Both the position numbers and the translations under genes were made by a program. 64,000 nt of DNA, taken from NCBI GenBank assembly GCA_903908595.1, contig CAIVSN010000144.1:1167-65166 (forward strand), given 5' to 3'. Position 1 is the first letter of the stretch. Every line of letters starts with the position of its first letter. Of this stretch, positions 1 to 10,500 are shown one piece after another. The notes beneath the pieces are model-generated. The model was given only the letters and a program-made list of their open reading frames with translations. It ran no database searches and was not told the DNA's origin. Source of the DNA: an uncultured bacterium. Its GTDB lineage: Bacteria; Patescibacteriota; Gracilibacteria; BD1-5; UBA2023.

Positions 1-1
1 G

Positions 2-79
2 GTTCGGCAGATGGAACAGAAGGTCCTGGAAAAAATTCGGAAATGCCCCGGGATAGAAAAAATCCGGAGCGTGTTCTAG
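2..79 (+). CDS. C-terminal ~25 codons of an unidentified CDS entering from upstream of the window
   Basis: Frame is open from the window edge to TAG 77-79 (...VRQMEQKVLEKIRKCPGIEKIRSVF*). No family recognised; it may be non-coding. Confidence 0.2.
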   Translation, partial: VRQMEQKVLEKIRKCPGIEKIRSVF

Positions 80-194
80 GCGGCATATCCAGCGGGGTTT
101 CAGAAAAATACCCCGGCAGACCACCAGGGAATTCAGAAAAACGATAAAGCTTTCCCTGGAAAAATACGACATCGTTTCTCCCGGCAGGCCACCA

Positions 195-316
195 GGGAAT
201 TCGGAAAAACGATGAAATCCGAAGCCGAATTCGAGTACCGTAGCGAGGCGTACCGATAGGTACGTTGAGCGAGGAACGCAGAATTCGGCAAGGAGTTCGC
301 GTTTTGCCGAATTCCC
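195..316 (-). repeat. Copy 1 of a ~120-nt structured post-CDS element: conserved core CGAACTCC..CCTCGCT..hairpin..CCTCGCT..TTCGGATTTCATC, with copy-specific inverted arms
   Basis: Arms GGGAATTCGGAAAAACG (195-211) / CGTTTTGCCGAATTCCC (300-316). Middle stem GCCGAATTC/GAATTCGGC. Apical hairpin CGTACC-GATA-GGTACG. Ends 1 nt from the pilB stop. Confidence 0.85.
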
Positions 317-317
317 C

Positions 318-1685
318 CTAGTCGATCACGGAGAAGACTTCTTCCAGGCTGGTCTTTCCCCGCATCGCCTTGAGCACGCCGTCTTCCCGCATCAGCATGA
401 GGTCGTTCTTCCGGGCTTCGGCCATGATTTCCACCGGGCTCGCGCCGCTTCGGATCATGGCGCGGATGGTATCGCTGACGTACAGGACCTCGTAGATTCC
501 CATCCGGCCCTTGTATCCGGAATACCCGCAGCGATCGCACCCGGTGGAACGGCTGAGCTTGAAGCCCCGTTTGTGTGCCTTGGATACCGCTTCGATACCG
601 ATATCCCGCATCATCCAACGGATAATGTCGTTCTGCGACTCGTCCGCTTGGTAGGTCTCGATGCAATGGGTACACAGCCTTCGGACCAGCCGCTGGGCGA
701 TAATGATGTCGATGGCGCTCGAAAGGATGTACGGCGGAAGCCCCATGTTCAGCAGGCGTTCCAACGTTTCGGAAGCGGACTTGGTATGGAGGGTGGAGAG
801 TACCAAATGCCCCGTCAAAGCCCCCTGTGCCGCGGTATTCGCCGTCTCCAGATCGCGGATTTCCCCGATCATGATGATATCCGGATCCTGCCGCATCAAC
901 GCCTTGAGCCCCGAATGGAAATTATACCCGTTCTTTTCGTTGACCTCGGATTGCACGATGCCCGGCAGCTCGTATTCGATGGGGTCTTCGAGGGTAATGA
1001 TTTTCCGGGTGGGGATGTTGAGATCCTGCATCATGGAATACAGGGTGGTGGTTTTTCCGGATCCGGTCGGGCCCGTGACGAGAATCATGCCGGATTTCTT
1101 GTTGAGGCTCTTGTCGATCTGCCTTTTGGAAGTCCAGATGAATCCGAGTTCTTCGACCTTGGGAATCGACTTGGTCGAATCCAACACCCGGCAGACGACG
1201 TTTTCCCCGGTGCGTACCGGAAGCGTCGAGACCCGAACGTCGATATGCCCGTCCGCTACTTCCGTGATGCGGTATTTCCCGTCCTGAGGGATGTTGGTGA
1301 TGTTCAGCTTGAGTTCGGACTTGTATTTGAGGCGTTCGAGCAGGAGCTTGTATTCCGGCCGGGACAGCCGGAGGACGGTAGCGAGGGATCCGTCGATCCG
1401 CATCCGGATCTCGGCTTCCGTTTCGGTGACGTCGTAGTGGATATCGGAACTTCCGAGCCCGAGCGCCCCCTTGGTAAGGAGAATCAGCGCCGTTTCCGAA
1501 TCCTGCGCGAGAAGCGACTTGTGGAGGTGCCTTTCGAGTTCGGCGAATTTTTCCTCCAACCGGACATGGGTCTCGCTGAGAATCGCGGTTTTTACTATGC
1601 GGAATTCATTATCGTTCTCGATGGGAATGGGAAGCGGTTCGACGGGTTTCGGCAGAACGCGCGGGGGGTGGGAAAAATCGGTCAT
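318..1685 (-). CDS. pilB: Type IV pilus / type II secretion assembly ATPase (GspE/PilB family)
   Basis: Walker A GPTGSGKTTTL, MRQDPDIIMIGEIRDLETA, C-terminal Cys cluster CTHC..CDRCGYSGYKGR. Start chosen at ATG 1683-1685 (MTDFSHPP); the longer ORF to 1967 would overlap the divergent RNHCP gene. Stop TAG. Confidence 0.9.
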   Translation of the reverse strand: MTDFSHPPRVLPKPVEPLPIPIENDNEFRIVKTAILSETHVRLEEKFAELERHLHKSLLAQDSETALILLTKGALGLGSSDIHYDVTETEAEIRMRIDGSLATVLRLSRPEYKLLLERLKYKSELKLNITNIPQDGKYRITEVADGHIDVRVSTLPVRTGENVVCRVLDSTKSIPKVEELGFIWTSKRQIDKSLNKKSGMILVTGPTGSGKTTTLYSMMQDLNIPTRKIITLEDPIEYELPGIVQSEVNEKNGYNFHSGLKALMRQDPDIIMIGEIRDLETANTAAQGALTGHLVLSTLHTKSASETLERLLNMGLPPYILSSAIDIIIAQRLVRRLCTHCIETYQADESQNDIIRWMMRDIGIEAVSKAHKRGFKLSRSTGCDRCGYSGYKGRMGIYEVLYVSDTIRAMIRSGASPVEIMAEARKNDLMLMREDGVLKAMRGKTSLEEVFSVID

Positions 1686-1760
1686 GGCCGAATCATACCA
1701 TATTTCCGATTGAGTTGCAAAAATGGAGCGTCCGAATAGCATCGGCATATGGGATTTGTC

Positions 1761-2078
1761 ATGCGAAACGAATCGTTCGTCTGCCGGGCTTGCTGAGCGG
1801 CGGTTTCGGAGCACCCCGGCGGCTCGGCGAGGAACCACTGCCCGAAGTGCCTCGTTTCCCTCCACGTCGACGGGGAAATGCCCGGGGACCGGGCCAGCGA
1901 CTGCGGGGGCCTCATGAAGCCGATAGGATTCGAAGAGCGCAAGGGCAAGGGCATGGTGGTAGTCCACCAGTGCCAGAAATGCCGGAAGCGCATCGTGAAC
2001 AAGCTCGCTCCCGACGACGATTACCTGCCGGTCGTCCGGGCGCTCGGAGAAATCCAGGCGCGGGAACTGCTGGAATAG
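1761..2078 (+). CDS. RNHCP domain-containing zinc-ribbon protein
   Basis: MRNESFVCRAC[TGA=G]AAVSEHPGGSARNHCPKCLVSLHVDGEMPGDRASDCGGLMKPI...HQCQKCRK. In-frame TGA 1794-1796 falls on the Gly of CxxCG. Stop TAG 2076-2078. Confidence 0.8.
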
Positions 2079-2158
2079 CCAAAGGCCCCGAGCGCGGACC
2101 CGAAGTGCGCCACAAACGATTGTCCAGGCGCGGGAATTTCTCGATTAACCAAAATCAC

Positions 2159-3100
2159 ATGGAAACCTTGCCGAACATCATCCGGGAAAAATGGCAGCGG
2201 TACGAAATTGCCCCCGAAGATACCGTCGTGCTCGGGGTTTCTTGAGGCATCGACAGCATGGTGCTGCTGGACCTGGTCGCGCAGGCGCACCCGGCCGGAA
2301 AAATCGTCGTCGCCCACGTCGATCACGGCATTCGGGAAGCCAGTGCCGGGGATGCGGAATTCGTCCGCGCGAAATGCTCCGGATACGGAATCTCATTCGA
2401 ATGAACCCGCGTGGATATCCGGGAAATCGCCCGATCGGGAAAAACCAGCGTGGAAGCCGCGGGAAGAACGGTCCGGTACGGATTTTTCGAGAACGTCCGC
2501 GCCCGGTCCCAGGCGAGATTCGTCATCACGGCCCACCACCGGGACGACAGCATCGAAACCGTGCTCATCAATCTCATCCGGGGCGCGAGGCTGCGCGGGC
2601 TCTCGGGCATGGCCGAACGGCAGGGCACGCTGTTGCGGCCGCTCTTGGAAGCAAGCAAGGCGTCGATCCGGTCCTTCGCGGAGACGCGAGGCATCGCATA
2701 TCGGGAAGACTCCACCAACGCGGATTCCCGGTACGTTCGCAATCGGGTACGGAACGATATCCTTCCGCAGATGGAAGCCATCAATCCGTCGGTACGCGAC
2801 ACGCTTGCCGATTTTGCCGAATATGCCGGAAAACTGGACCGCATGGTCGAAGGCCTGCTCGCCGTGCACCTCTCGGGGAATTCGATTCGCGAGGAAGATT
2901 TCGCGAAGTTGCCGGAACTCCTGCGGCTCGCGTTCGTGGAAAAGATCTATGGGGCAGCCAACGGGGGTACCATCGGGCTTTCGGCCGGAAACATGGAGGA
3001 GATATGCCGGTTCATCCTGGAAGCCCGTGGCGGTACCGTCAAAGAACTCGGGAAGCTCCGGTTAGAGAAGCGGGGAAGGAAAGTGGGGTGGGGTGACTAG
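2159..3100 (+). CDS. tilS: tRNA(Ile)-lysidine synthetase
   Basis: Joins ORF tail 2159-2245 with ORF 2411-3100 in the same frame. PP-loop reads VLGVS[TGA]GIDS = SGGxDS (TGA 2243-2245); second TGA 2402-2404. Downstream HHRDDSIETVLINLIRG, TilS-like. Stop TAG. Confidence 0.9.
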
Positions 3101-3388
3101 AGAGACCCTGTCGAAATGCGAACTCCTTGTCAATTTTTCCGCTCCTCGCTCTACGTATACCCAAAAGGAATTGGTTTCCCGGTTTTTCCAGCCTCATCTT
3201 CGGACATCTTATATTTTTTTCTTCGGTCACTTATTCCCGATAAGCTCCCGGAAGAAGAAAAATAAAACCTGTTCCGAATCTGTGACCGTAAAACACCGAA
3301 AACCAATTCCTTTTGGGTATACTTGCCAGTACGTTTCGCTACGGTGCTCGAAATTGACTTCGGATTTCATCATTTTGCCAGGGTCTCT
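3101..3388 (+). repeat. Copy 2 of the structured post-CDS element, carrying a nested insertion in its apical hairpin
   Basis: Arms AGAGACCCTGTCGAAATG (3101-3118) / CATTTTGCCAGGGTCTCT (3371-3388). Middle stem AAATTGAC/GTCAATTT. Starts at the base after the tilS stop. Confidence 0.8.
3158..3319. repeat. ~162-nt palindrome-ended insertion nested inside element copy 2
   Basis: 20-bp terminal inverted repeats TACCCAAAAGGAATTGGTTT (3158-3177) / AAACCAATTCCTTTTGGGTA (3300-3319), plus inner CGGTCAC/GTGACCG. It interrupts the 3' arm of the apical hairpin present in the other copies. Confidence 0.7.
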
Positions 3389-3415
3389 GAAAAAAATCAA
3401 TCAGGTCTCGCATAT

Positions 3416-3461
3416 CACGAAAAAACCTCCATCCCGGATCCGGGACGGAGGTTTTTTCGTG
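3416..3461. terminator. Bidirectional rho-independent terminator between the convergent tilS and SLH genes
   Basis: CACGAAAAAACCTCCATCCCGG-ATC-CGGGACGGAGGTTTTTTCGTG: long GC stem flanked by an A-run and a T-run. Confidence 0.75.
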
Positions 3462-3468
3462 ATATCGG

Positions 3469-4530
3469 TTATTTCAGCTTGAACGCATTGACCACGACCT
3501 TCGCGATTTCCGCTCGGGTGATATGGTCAGATGGGCGGAAAATCAGCTTTCCCAACGTCAATTGTCATTCGAAGATTTTTTCGGCCTTCATGCTTTCGAC
3601 ATACAATGACAAACTGTTACTTTTTGGAACGTCGGAAAATACCCCGACGTACCCCGAAGTACGAAGTTTGAGCGACACGGAAAGGATTTTTGCGACCTCG
3701 GCCCGGGAAATGTTGTCATTCGGACGGAACTCGTTCGCGGAACTAACGATTTTATTGGAAATCGCGTACCGCAGATACGGGCTGGCCCAAGGGACGGTTG
3801 ACAAATCCTTGAAAGGCAGAGTTACGCCGGACGCGGACTGCACGTCCCATCCCGCCGAATTTCCGACGATCTTGAGAAATTCCGCCCGGGAAAGGGAATC
3901 GTTCGGTCGGAATTCTTTGGCATTTTGGACTATTCCTCTCTTGATAAGCACGCTAATATATTCCTTGGCCCAGTTATCGGCAATGTCCGTCGCTATCGGC
4001 ACGATGACTTGACCGCTATTCGTGGTCGTTCCGGTGGACGTTGAACCGTTTCCTGTCGTAGTCGACGAGTTACCGTTTCCGGTACCGGTGTTCGTTGAAC
4101 CGGATCAGTTTACGGTAGCTCCGCTGGACGTCGAACCGGATCCGGTAAGGGGCGCGGTACACTTGCCATCGTAGGAACTCCCGGAAAGATCGCCGGTGGG
4201 GCAATAATCCGCAGATGATCCTCCACCCCCGCCCCCGCCTCCTCCGCTGGATATGGCGTTGCAGCTGACTCCGGAAAGCTGGAATCCGCCGTTGCACGTA
4301 ATGGAACAGTTCTGCGCGTTTACCGAACCGTTGGCGACGGTCGCGGGATTGCAGGGAATGGACAAATTCAAACCGGTGGAGATTCCGGTGGAAATGCTGC
4401 CACTGGCTTCGCTGGTACCTCCGCCACCTCCAGGACCACCTCCGCCACCTCCGCCACCGCTAACGAGTCCATGGGTAGTATTTACGAGAAATAGCATACT
4501 CGCCACTACGAGAAAAATAATTCGTTTCAT
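3469..4530 (-). CDS. Secreted Gly-rich/Cys-containing protein with three C-terminal SLH (S-layer homology) domains
   Basis: Joins ORFs 4105-4557 and 3565-4002 plus a 32-codon tail through TGAs at 4105-4107 and 3565-3567. Signal peptide MKRIIFLVVASMLFLVNTTHG, poly-Gly tracts. Three repeats of the type EFRPNDxxxRAE..K. Stop TAA 3469-3471. Confidence 0.8.
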
Positions 4531-4545
4531 AATATGATTATAAGA

Positions 4546-4580
4546 GTAAAAAGACAAAGACTGGATTCCTCCAGTCTTTG
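4546..4580 (-). terminator. Rho-independent terminator after the giant surface-protein gene
   Basis: CAAAGACTGGA-GGAA-TCCAGTCTTTG followed by a T-run on the minus strand. Confidence 0.7.
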
Positions 4581-4592
4581 GTGTATCAGTAA

Positions 4593-7500
4593 CTATTGCG
4601 TCAGGATTCCGTAGCTCGTGGAGTACGAACCTCCGGCACCCGCAGGGATCTTGTAGAATACGTCGATGAAGAATTGTCGTCCTCCCGTTGAAGCGTCGGC
4701 ATCCATGCCGTTCACGCTCACGCTCGAACCGTACGAATTGGTAACGTCTACGGCTGAACCGGAACCGGTTGCGTAATCGGCAACCCCGTCCTGGGAAACG
4801 ACCATTCGGGTATTCGTTGCCGCAGCGAGCGTTCCGATCCCGTTTGACCAGTCGGCCAACTTGAAGGAAGCTCCGGTCTGGGAGAACGAATTGGCCGTCA
4901 CGGCGAACCGGAAGTGGTATCCGTTGGTGTAATCACCGGAAACCACGGGATCCCCATGGGGTATCCGGGCAATGTTCGTGATGGCGATACCGCTATTCGA
5001 TGCCGCCGTCTTGAACGACATCGGAACGGAATTGACGGTCTGGCCATTCACGGCAAACCGAACCTGGTAATAGTACGTCGTGTTGGCGGCAAGTCCGGAA
5101 ACCGTAGCCGGAGAGGTGGCAAGAGTAGCCCAAGTACCAGAGTAGGCGAGCATGGAGATTCGGTATTCCTTTACCGTAGGCACCACGTCGGTAGCGTACG
5201 TGATTACGGCGCTAGAATTGGTAACCGTACCGACGGAGAGTCCCGTAATATCCGGGGCGCTCGCGGATTGCGTCGTGAAGTAAACTTCCCGATCGCCCGT
5301 TACCACGTTCCCTGCGGCATCTTGGAGAGCTCCGGAGAGCACCGTGATCCGGTAGGAAGTCGAGTATTCGAGCGTTCCATATGGAACGGCAAGGGAATTC
5401 GTCGTTACGGAAGAAGTGCCGGAAGACACGTCCGAAAGATCCGAAGCCTTTCGTACCAATACCATCGCAGCGTCGTTCAATACGAGAATTTCGTCATAGA
5501 CCAACGATGCGTTACCGCTAGAAACCGAAACGGCGGTTGCGGCATTCGTCGGAGCGGAAGATACGAAGCTCGGAGCCGCGGTATCCGCCGGAGTATCCGC
5601 GTTTACCTGGTAGGCAACGGTAAGGGAGGCAGTATGCCCGGTCGTGGAAACCACTTCGATGACATACGCGTGCGCTCCTAGGGTGGTAGCCCCAGAGAGG
5701 GTGGCGACGGTGACGGTTGAGCCGGTGGCGACGGAAGACCCGTTGACGGTCGCGGTAGCCGCGCCGGACATCGTGACCTGGAGGCCGTTAGAGAACCGGG
5801 AAGCCGCTTCCGTTGCCGTGTACGCGGAAACGATGGACGCTCCGGAGAGGGTGACGGTCGGGGTTACGGGAGTGGCCACGTCCGCGTTTACCTGGTAGGC
5901 AACGGTAAGGGAGGCGGTATGCCCGGTCGTGGAAGTCACTACGATATTGTACGTGTGGGCTCCAAGGGTAGTCGCCCCGGAGAGGGTAGCTACGGTGACG
6001 GTTGAGCCGGTGGCGACGGAAGACCCGTTGACGGTCGCGGTAGCCGCGCCGGTCGTGCTGACCTGGAGGCCGGCGGAGAACCGGGAAGCCGCTTCCGTTG
6101 CCGTGTACGCGGAAACGATGGACGCTCCGGAGAGGGTGACGGTCGGGGTGACTATGGCAGTAGAAGCCGTAGTTTTGACGGCATACACCTTTGTTCTTTC
6201 GTTTCAAGTCGAATCTTTTACCTTGACCTGCACGTAGTAGACCGTGCTTGCCGTCAGTCATCCGGGCATGGAATTGGTCTTTACGGCAGTCGTATACGCT
6301 CAATCATAGGCATTAATTCAAAGAACGCCGGTAATTGCCGCATCCGAAGCGAAGGTAACTTCCATATCGAACGCTTCATCCGCGCTTACTACGGCATCAA
6401 ACGAACTACTGGTAATGTTAACGAAAGACGCCTCTTGGTTTGGAGCTCCCACGTCGGCATTGCTCAAAGTTTTCACCGTATATACCTTGCTTCTCGTATT
6501 TCAGGCACCGTTTGCCAAATCGCTAACGATGACTCTGACATAGTACAGGGTATTTGGGGTCAACGATCCTATGGTATCGGTCGTTGGAGTCGTACCAGTA
6601 ACGTTGTTATACGCAGCCGTTTGATCGACGGAAACAAAATTCGAAACGGTATCGACATCGACCCGTACGTCAAACGAATCGTCAGCCGTCGTTATCACGT
6701 CAAATCATGTAGCGGATATGTTGTTGAAACTTACATCCTGATCTGGCGCAGTGGTATCCCCCGGAGCGTCTGCATTGACTTGGTAGGCAACGGTAAGGGA
6801 GGCAGTGTGCCCGGTCGTGGAAGTCACGACGACGCTGTAGGTATGTGCTCCGAGTGTGGTAGCTCCGGAGAGGGTAGCTACGGTGACGGTTGAGCCGGTG
6901 GCGACGGAAGACCCGTTGACGGTCGCGGTAGCCGCGCCGGTCGTGCTGACCTGGAGGCCGGCGGAGAACCGGGAAGCAGCTTCTGTTGCCGTGTACGCGG
7001 AAACGATGGACGATCCGGAGAGGGTGACGGTCGGGGTGACGGGGGTTACCGTGTCCGCGTTGACTTGGTAGGCAACGGTAAGGGAGGCGGTATGCCCGGT
7101 CGTGGAAGTCACGACGACGCTGTAGGTATGCGCTCCGAGTGTGGTAGCTCCTGAGAGGGTAGCTACGGTGACGGTTGAGCCAGTGGCGACGGAAGACCCG
7201 TTGACGGTCGCGGTAGCCGCGCCGGTCGTGCTGACCTGGAGGCCGGCGGAGAACCGGGAAGCCGCTTCCGTTGCCGTGTACGCGGAAACGATGGACGCTC
7301 CAGAGAGGGTGACGGTCGGGGTGACGGGAGCGACGGCAGAAGTTACGTGAACGGTAATGCTGGATGTATCCCCCCATACGTTATTTGCCTGAGCGGAAAA
7401 GTATATGGTGTAAGTACCCCCGGTCCATACTAGGGTGCTCGGGCTAACGGTTGCCGTGAAGTTTTCGTATTTTGAGTCAGTGAGAGTTCCGTCCGAAGGA

Positions 7501-10500
7501 GTCACGGCAATTCCTCCCGAAGGAAGACATGCCGTTCCCGAATTCACGGTTCCGATACAGTATTTTACGGTGTCGAAGTTATTCGACGGGCTAACGGCAC
7601 GACCGGCGATAGCAAAGCTCGTTGTCCCGGTTGTAATGGACGAATCATTGAGGGTGAGCCCGACTACCGTTGGTCCTCCTATAATCCCCTGATTCGTTAC
7701 CGCCGCAAGCTCCATGGTGTTTGCGTCCTTGACTTGCCCTCCTCCGTTTGGAATGGAGAGCCGGTCGGTAGCGGTATTGATTCCGCCTGGAATCGTTACC
7801 CGAATCAGCTTGTTCGTTGCGCCAAAAGCAAGGTTTGAAGGATTCACTCCCGCTATCGTGAAATTTGCCAGATTCGTAATCGATGACGCGTGCATAAGTT
7901 CCGTGAACTCGACTTCCGCCACAGTGGAAGAAAGGAGGTACGAAGTAACATACAGGGGCACGACGTTATCCGTTGCAGTTCCATCGAAATTCGTTCCGTT
8001 TGCCGCCGCCGCGAGTCCTTTCGCAACCGTGTTGTCCGCAGCGTCTTTTATTCCGGCGTGATTTGTCTGTGATATGATTGCATCAACGGTTTCTCCGCCG
8101 TTGTACGCGACTCCTTGCGTTACGTAGAGTTTTACCGTCGAACCCGTAAGCTCTCCGGCGTTTGCATAAACGAGGGGCTGAGCATTCGGCGCAGGATTGG
8201 CGAATGACCAGTTCCCCGCCGTAAACGTACCCGCGGAAACGTCTTCGGAATAGGTAACGACGAGCGCATCTACGATACCGTCGCTCGCGGTCTCTCCATT
8301 TTCTCCGGCGTCGGAAGTCTTAACAGTCAAAACTACTGGATCGGCATCGTCCGTCACGGCGGAGACTCCCCCAAAAGTAGCTACCGCGTTATTTGCGGCA
8401 TCTTCGAGGCTATTCGGCGTATTTCCATTCGTGTAGGTCATTCCGATAGTTCCAGAAGAACCGGTTTCTCCGGCATCTAGGGACGTAAGGGGAACGGTCA
8501 TGGCATTCGTAGTGAAGCTAACCGCCCCAACCGAACCGGCTCAAAGCGAACCGTATGCGATACCCCAGTCTCCCGCTTCGTAAGAACTCGCGGAAATATC
8601 CTCAGAAAAGGTATAAACGAATCGGTCAACTTGACCATTCCCATCGGAATCCTGGAATTTTCCGGAAGTGACTACCGGAAGCGCCTTGTCAGCGATGGAT
8701 TGATCTCCGTATCCAGCAGCGCTGTTATGGAGCGTTGCCGCGTCTTTTACGGTACCTCATGTGAAACTTACCTTCAATGCGGCCGTCGTCTGATCCCCAT
8801 CGGCCGTGTCGAGATTCAACGTTATCGTATCGGTAGTAACGCCAACGGAAGATACGTCAATGGAAGTCGACGTTCCGTCCAATTCGACGAGATAACTTCC
8901 CGTGTTCGTGCTTGCGGCACCGGTTCCGGATACGTCCTCCGAGAATTTCAACGCCATGGTGGTAGTTTTCCCCGAAGCGTTTCCCATGGTCTTCGTTGCC
9001 GCATGGGCAGTAAGGAGGCTTGGATCGGCATTGTCGGTAGCGGCAATGGTAAATGTCGCAACGGCATTGTTCGCCGCGTCGTTCAACCCTCTTGAAGCAT
9101 CGACAAAGTTATCCGTATAGGTGATTTGTGGATTGGTTGCTCCGCCGGTAACATCGGCAGCTCCAAGAATATCGATAGCAAGGACACGGGAAGTAGGAAT
9201 GCTTGTCGCCGATTCGTTCGTCAATGCAACGGTTCCGGCAACGGCGGTCGTATAGTCTGCCGCATCGTATCCGTCGTCTTCGATATCTTCCGAGAACGTG
9301 ATGTCTACCCGGTCGACTTGGCCGTCGAAATCGCTATCTATATAGGTAGACGTGAGCGCGAATGGCGCAACTCCGTCCGTTTGGACGGAAGTAGATGCAA
9401 GGGCAACCGCCAGATTGGACGCGCTGTCGGATGCGTGCGTGGTACCGCCGGTAGAATATGCCACCTTCATCTTGCTGGTATCATTGTCCGTATCGACCTG
9501 ACTCAACGAAAGGACCGCTATGGAAGCGTCACCTCCGTCAAGCGCCACTCCCGAAACGTCGACGGCCGTGTCAAGCGAATTCTTCACGGAGAAAGAATTG
9601 GCGCTGGGCGCGATAGAAAGCTCTTCCGAGTATTTCACCTGGACGCTTTTCGTCAATCCGTTTGGAGCGACATTCGGAACGGTCGCGGTCGCGACGTCCG
9701 TCATGAGGGCTACCGGAGACGCCTTGTCGAGGGCATTCACCGCAACATAATCGACGATGGTATTGGCAATGGTTGCCTTGTCCTGGATATCCGGATCCGT
9801 TGGGCTATCCCCCGTATACGATACGGCCGGGGTAGCGCTTGTATCAGGAGTTCCGCTTTCTACGAGGCCCAAACAGATATAATCGCTGTCCGCGGTCCTT
9901 GTGGCTGCGCCGGAACAGTCGGCAGCGGCTGAAAAAGCCGTAGCGAACGCACCGACGGTGAAATCGTTGGCTCGAACGCCGTCATCTTCTATGGCTTCTG
10001 AAAATTTTACGTATAAAGCGTCGATTTGCCCATTGCCGTCGAGGTCTCTCGTCTCCGTATAGAGAATGGAAGGATTCGCCGCATCGGTAATGCCGAGATC
10101 GCTTACTGCGGCACCGGAATTATCCGATGAGCCGGCCTCGTCCTTAATGATGCCTCCGGTATAGGAAACCTGGAGCTGTTTCGTCGTCTGATTAAGGTCT
10201 GCTGCCGAGAGATTCAAAGTAACCGTGCTCGTAGTCCTGTTTACGGAAGTAACGACGATACCGGTAGCGGTTCCCGCTATCTCGACGGTATAATCGCCAA
10301 CCGTATTGCTGGAATTTGCCGAAACGTCTTCGGAATACTTCATGGCAAGAGTGGTGGTCTTTCCCACTCCGTTATCGTTCGTTATAGTAGTCGCGTGAGT
10401 CGAGAGAAGCAAGGGTTTCGCTCCGTCAGTAGACGTTTTGGATGCGAAAGACGCGAGGGGGTTGGAATTGAGATCGTCGACGAGCCCAATCTGCTGTATT

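Noticed and set aside
211-232. Hammerhead-like core suggested by GATGAAA in the element.
   Set aside because: There is no CUGANGA...GAAA arrangement around three helices and no conserved cleavage-site context. It resembles only a 7-mer.
573-1739. Long ORFs antisense to recognisable genes. Examples: 573-1739(+), 28440-30512(+), 34802-36130(-), 40885-42300(-), 46068-47210(+), 48282-49544(+), 52530-53846(+), 58245-59672(+), 59869-61125(-), 61241-62647(-).
   Set aside because: Each lies opposite a gene with clear family signatures (pilB, rnj, SBP, pyrG, sufS, sufB, DsbD-like, pilin, AAA ATPase, gatA). They have Arg/Gly/Pro-rich low-complexity composition, typical of shadow frames in GC-rich DNA.
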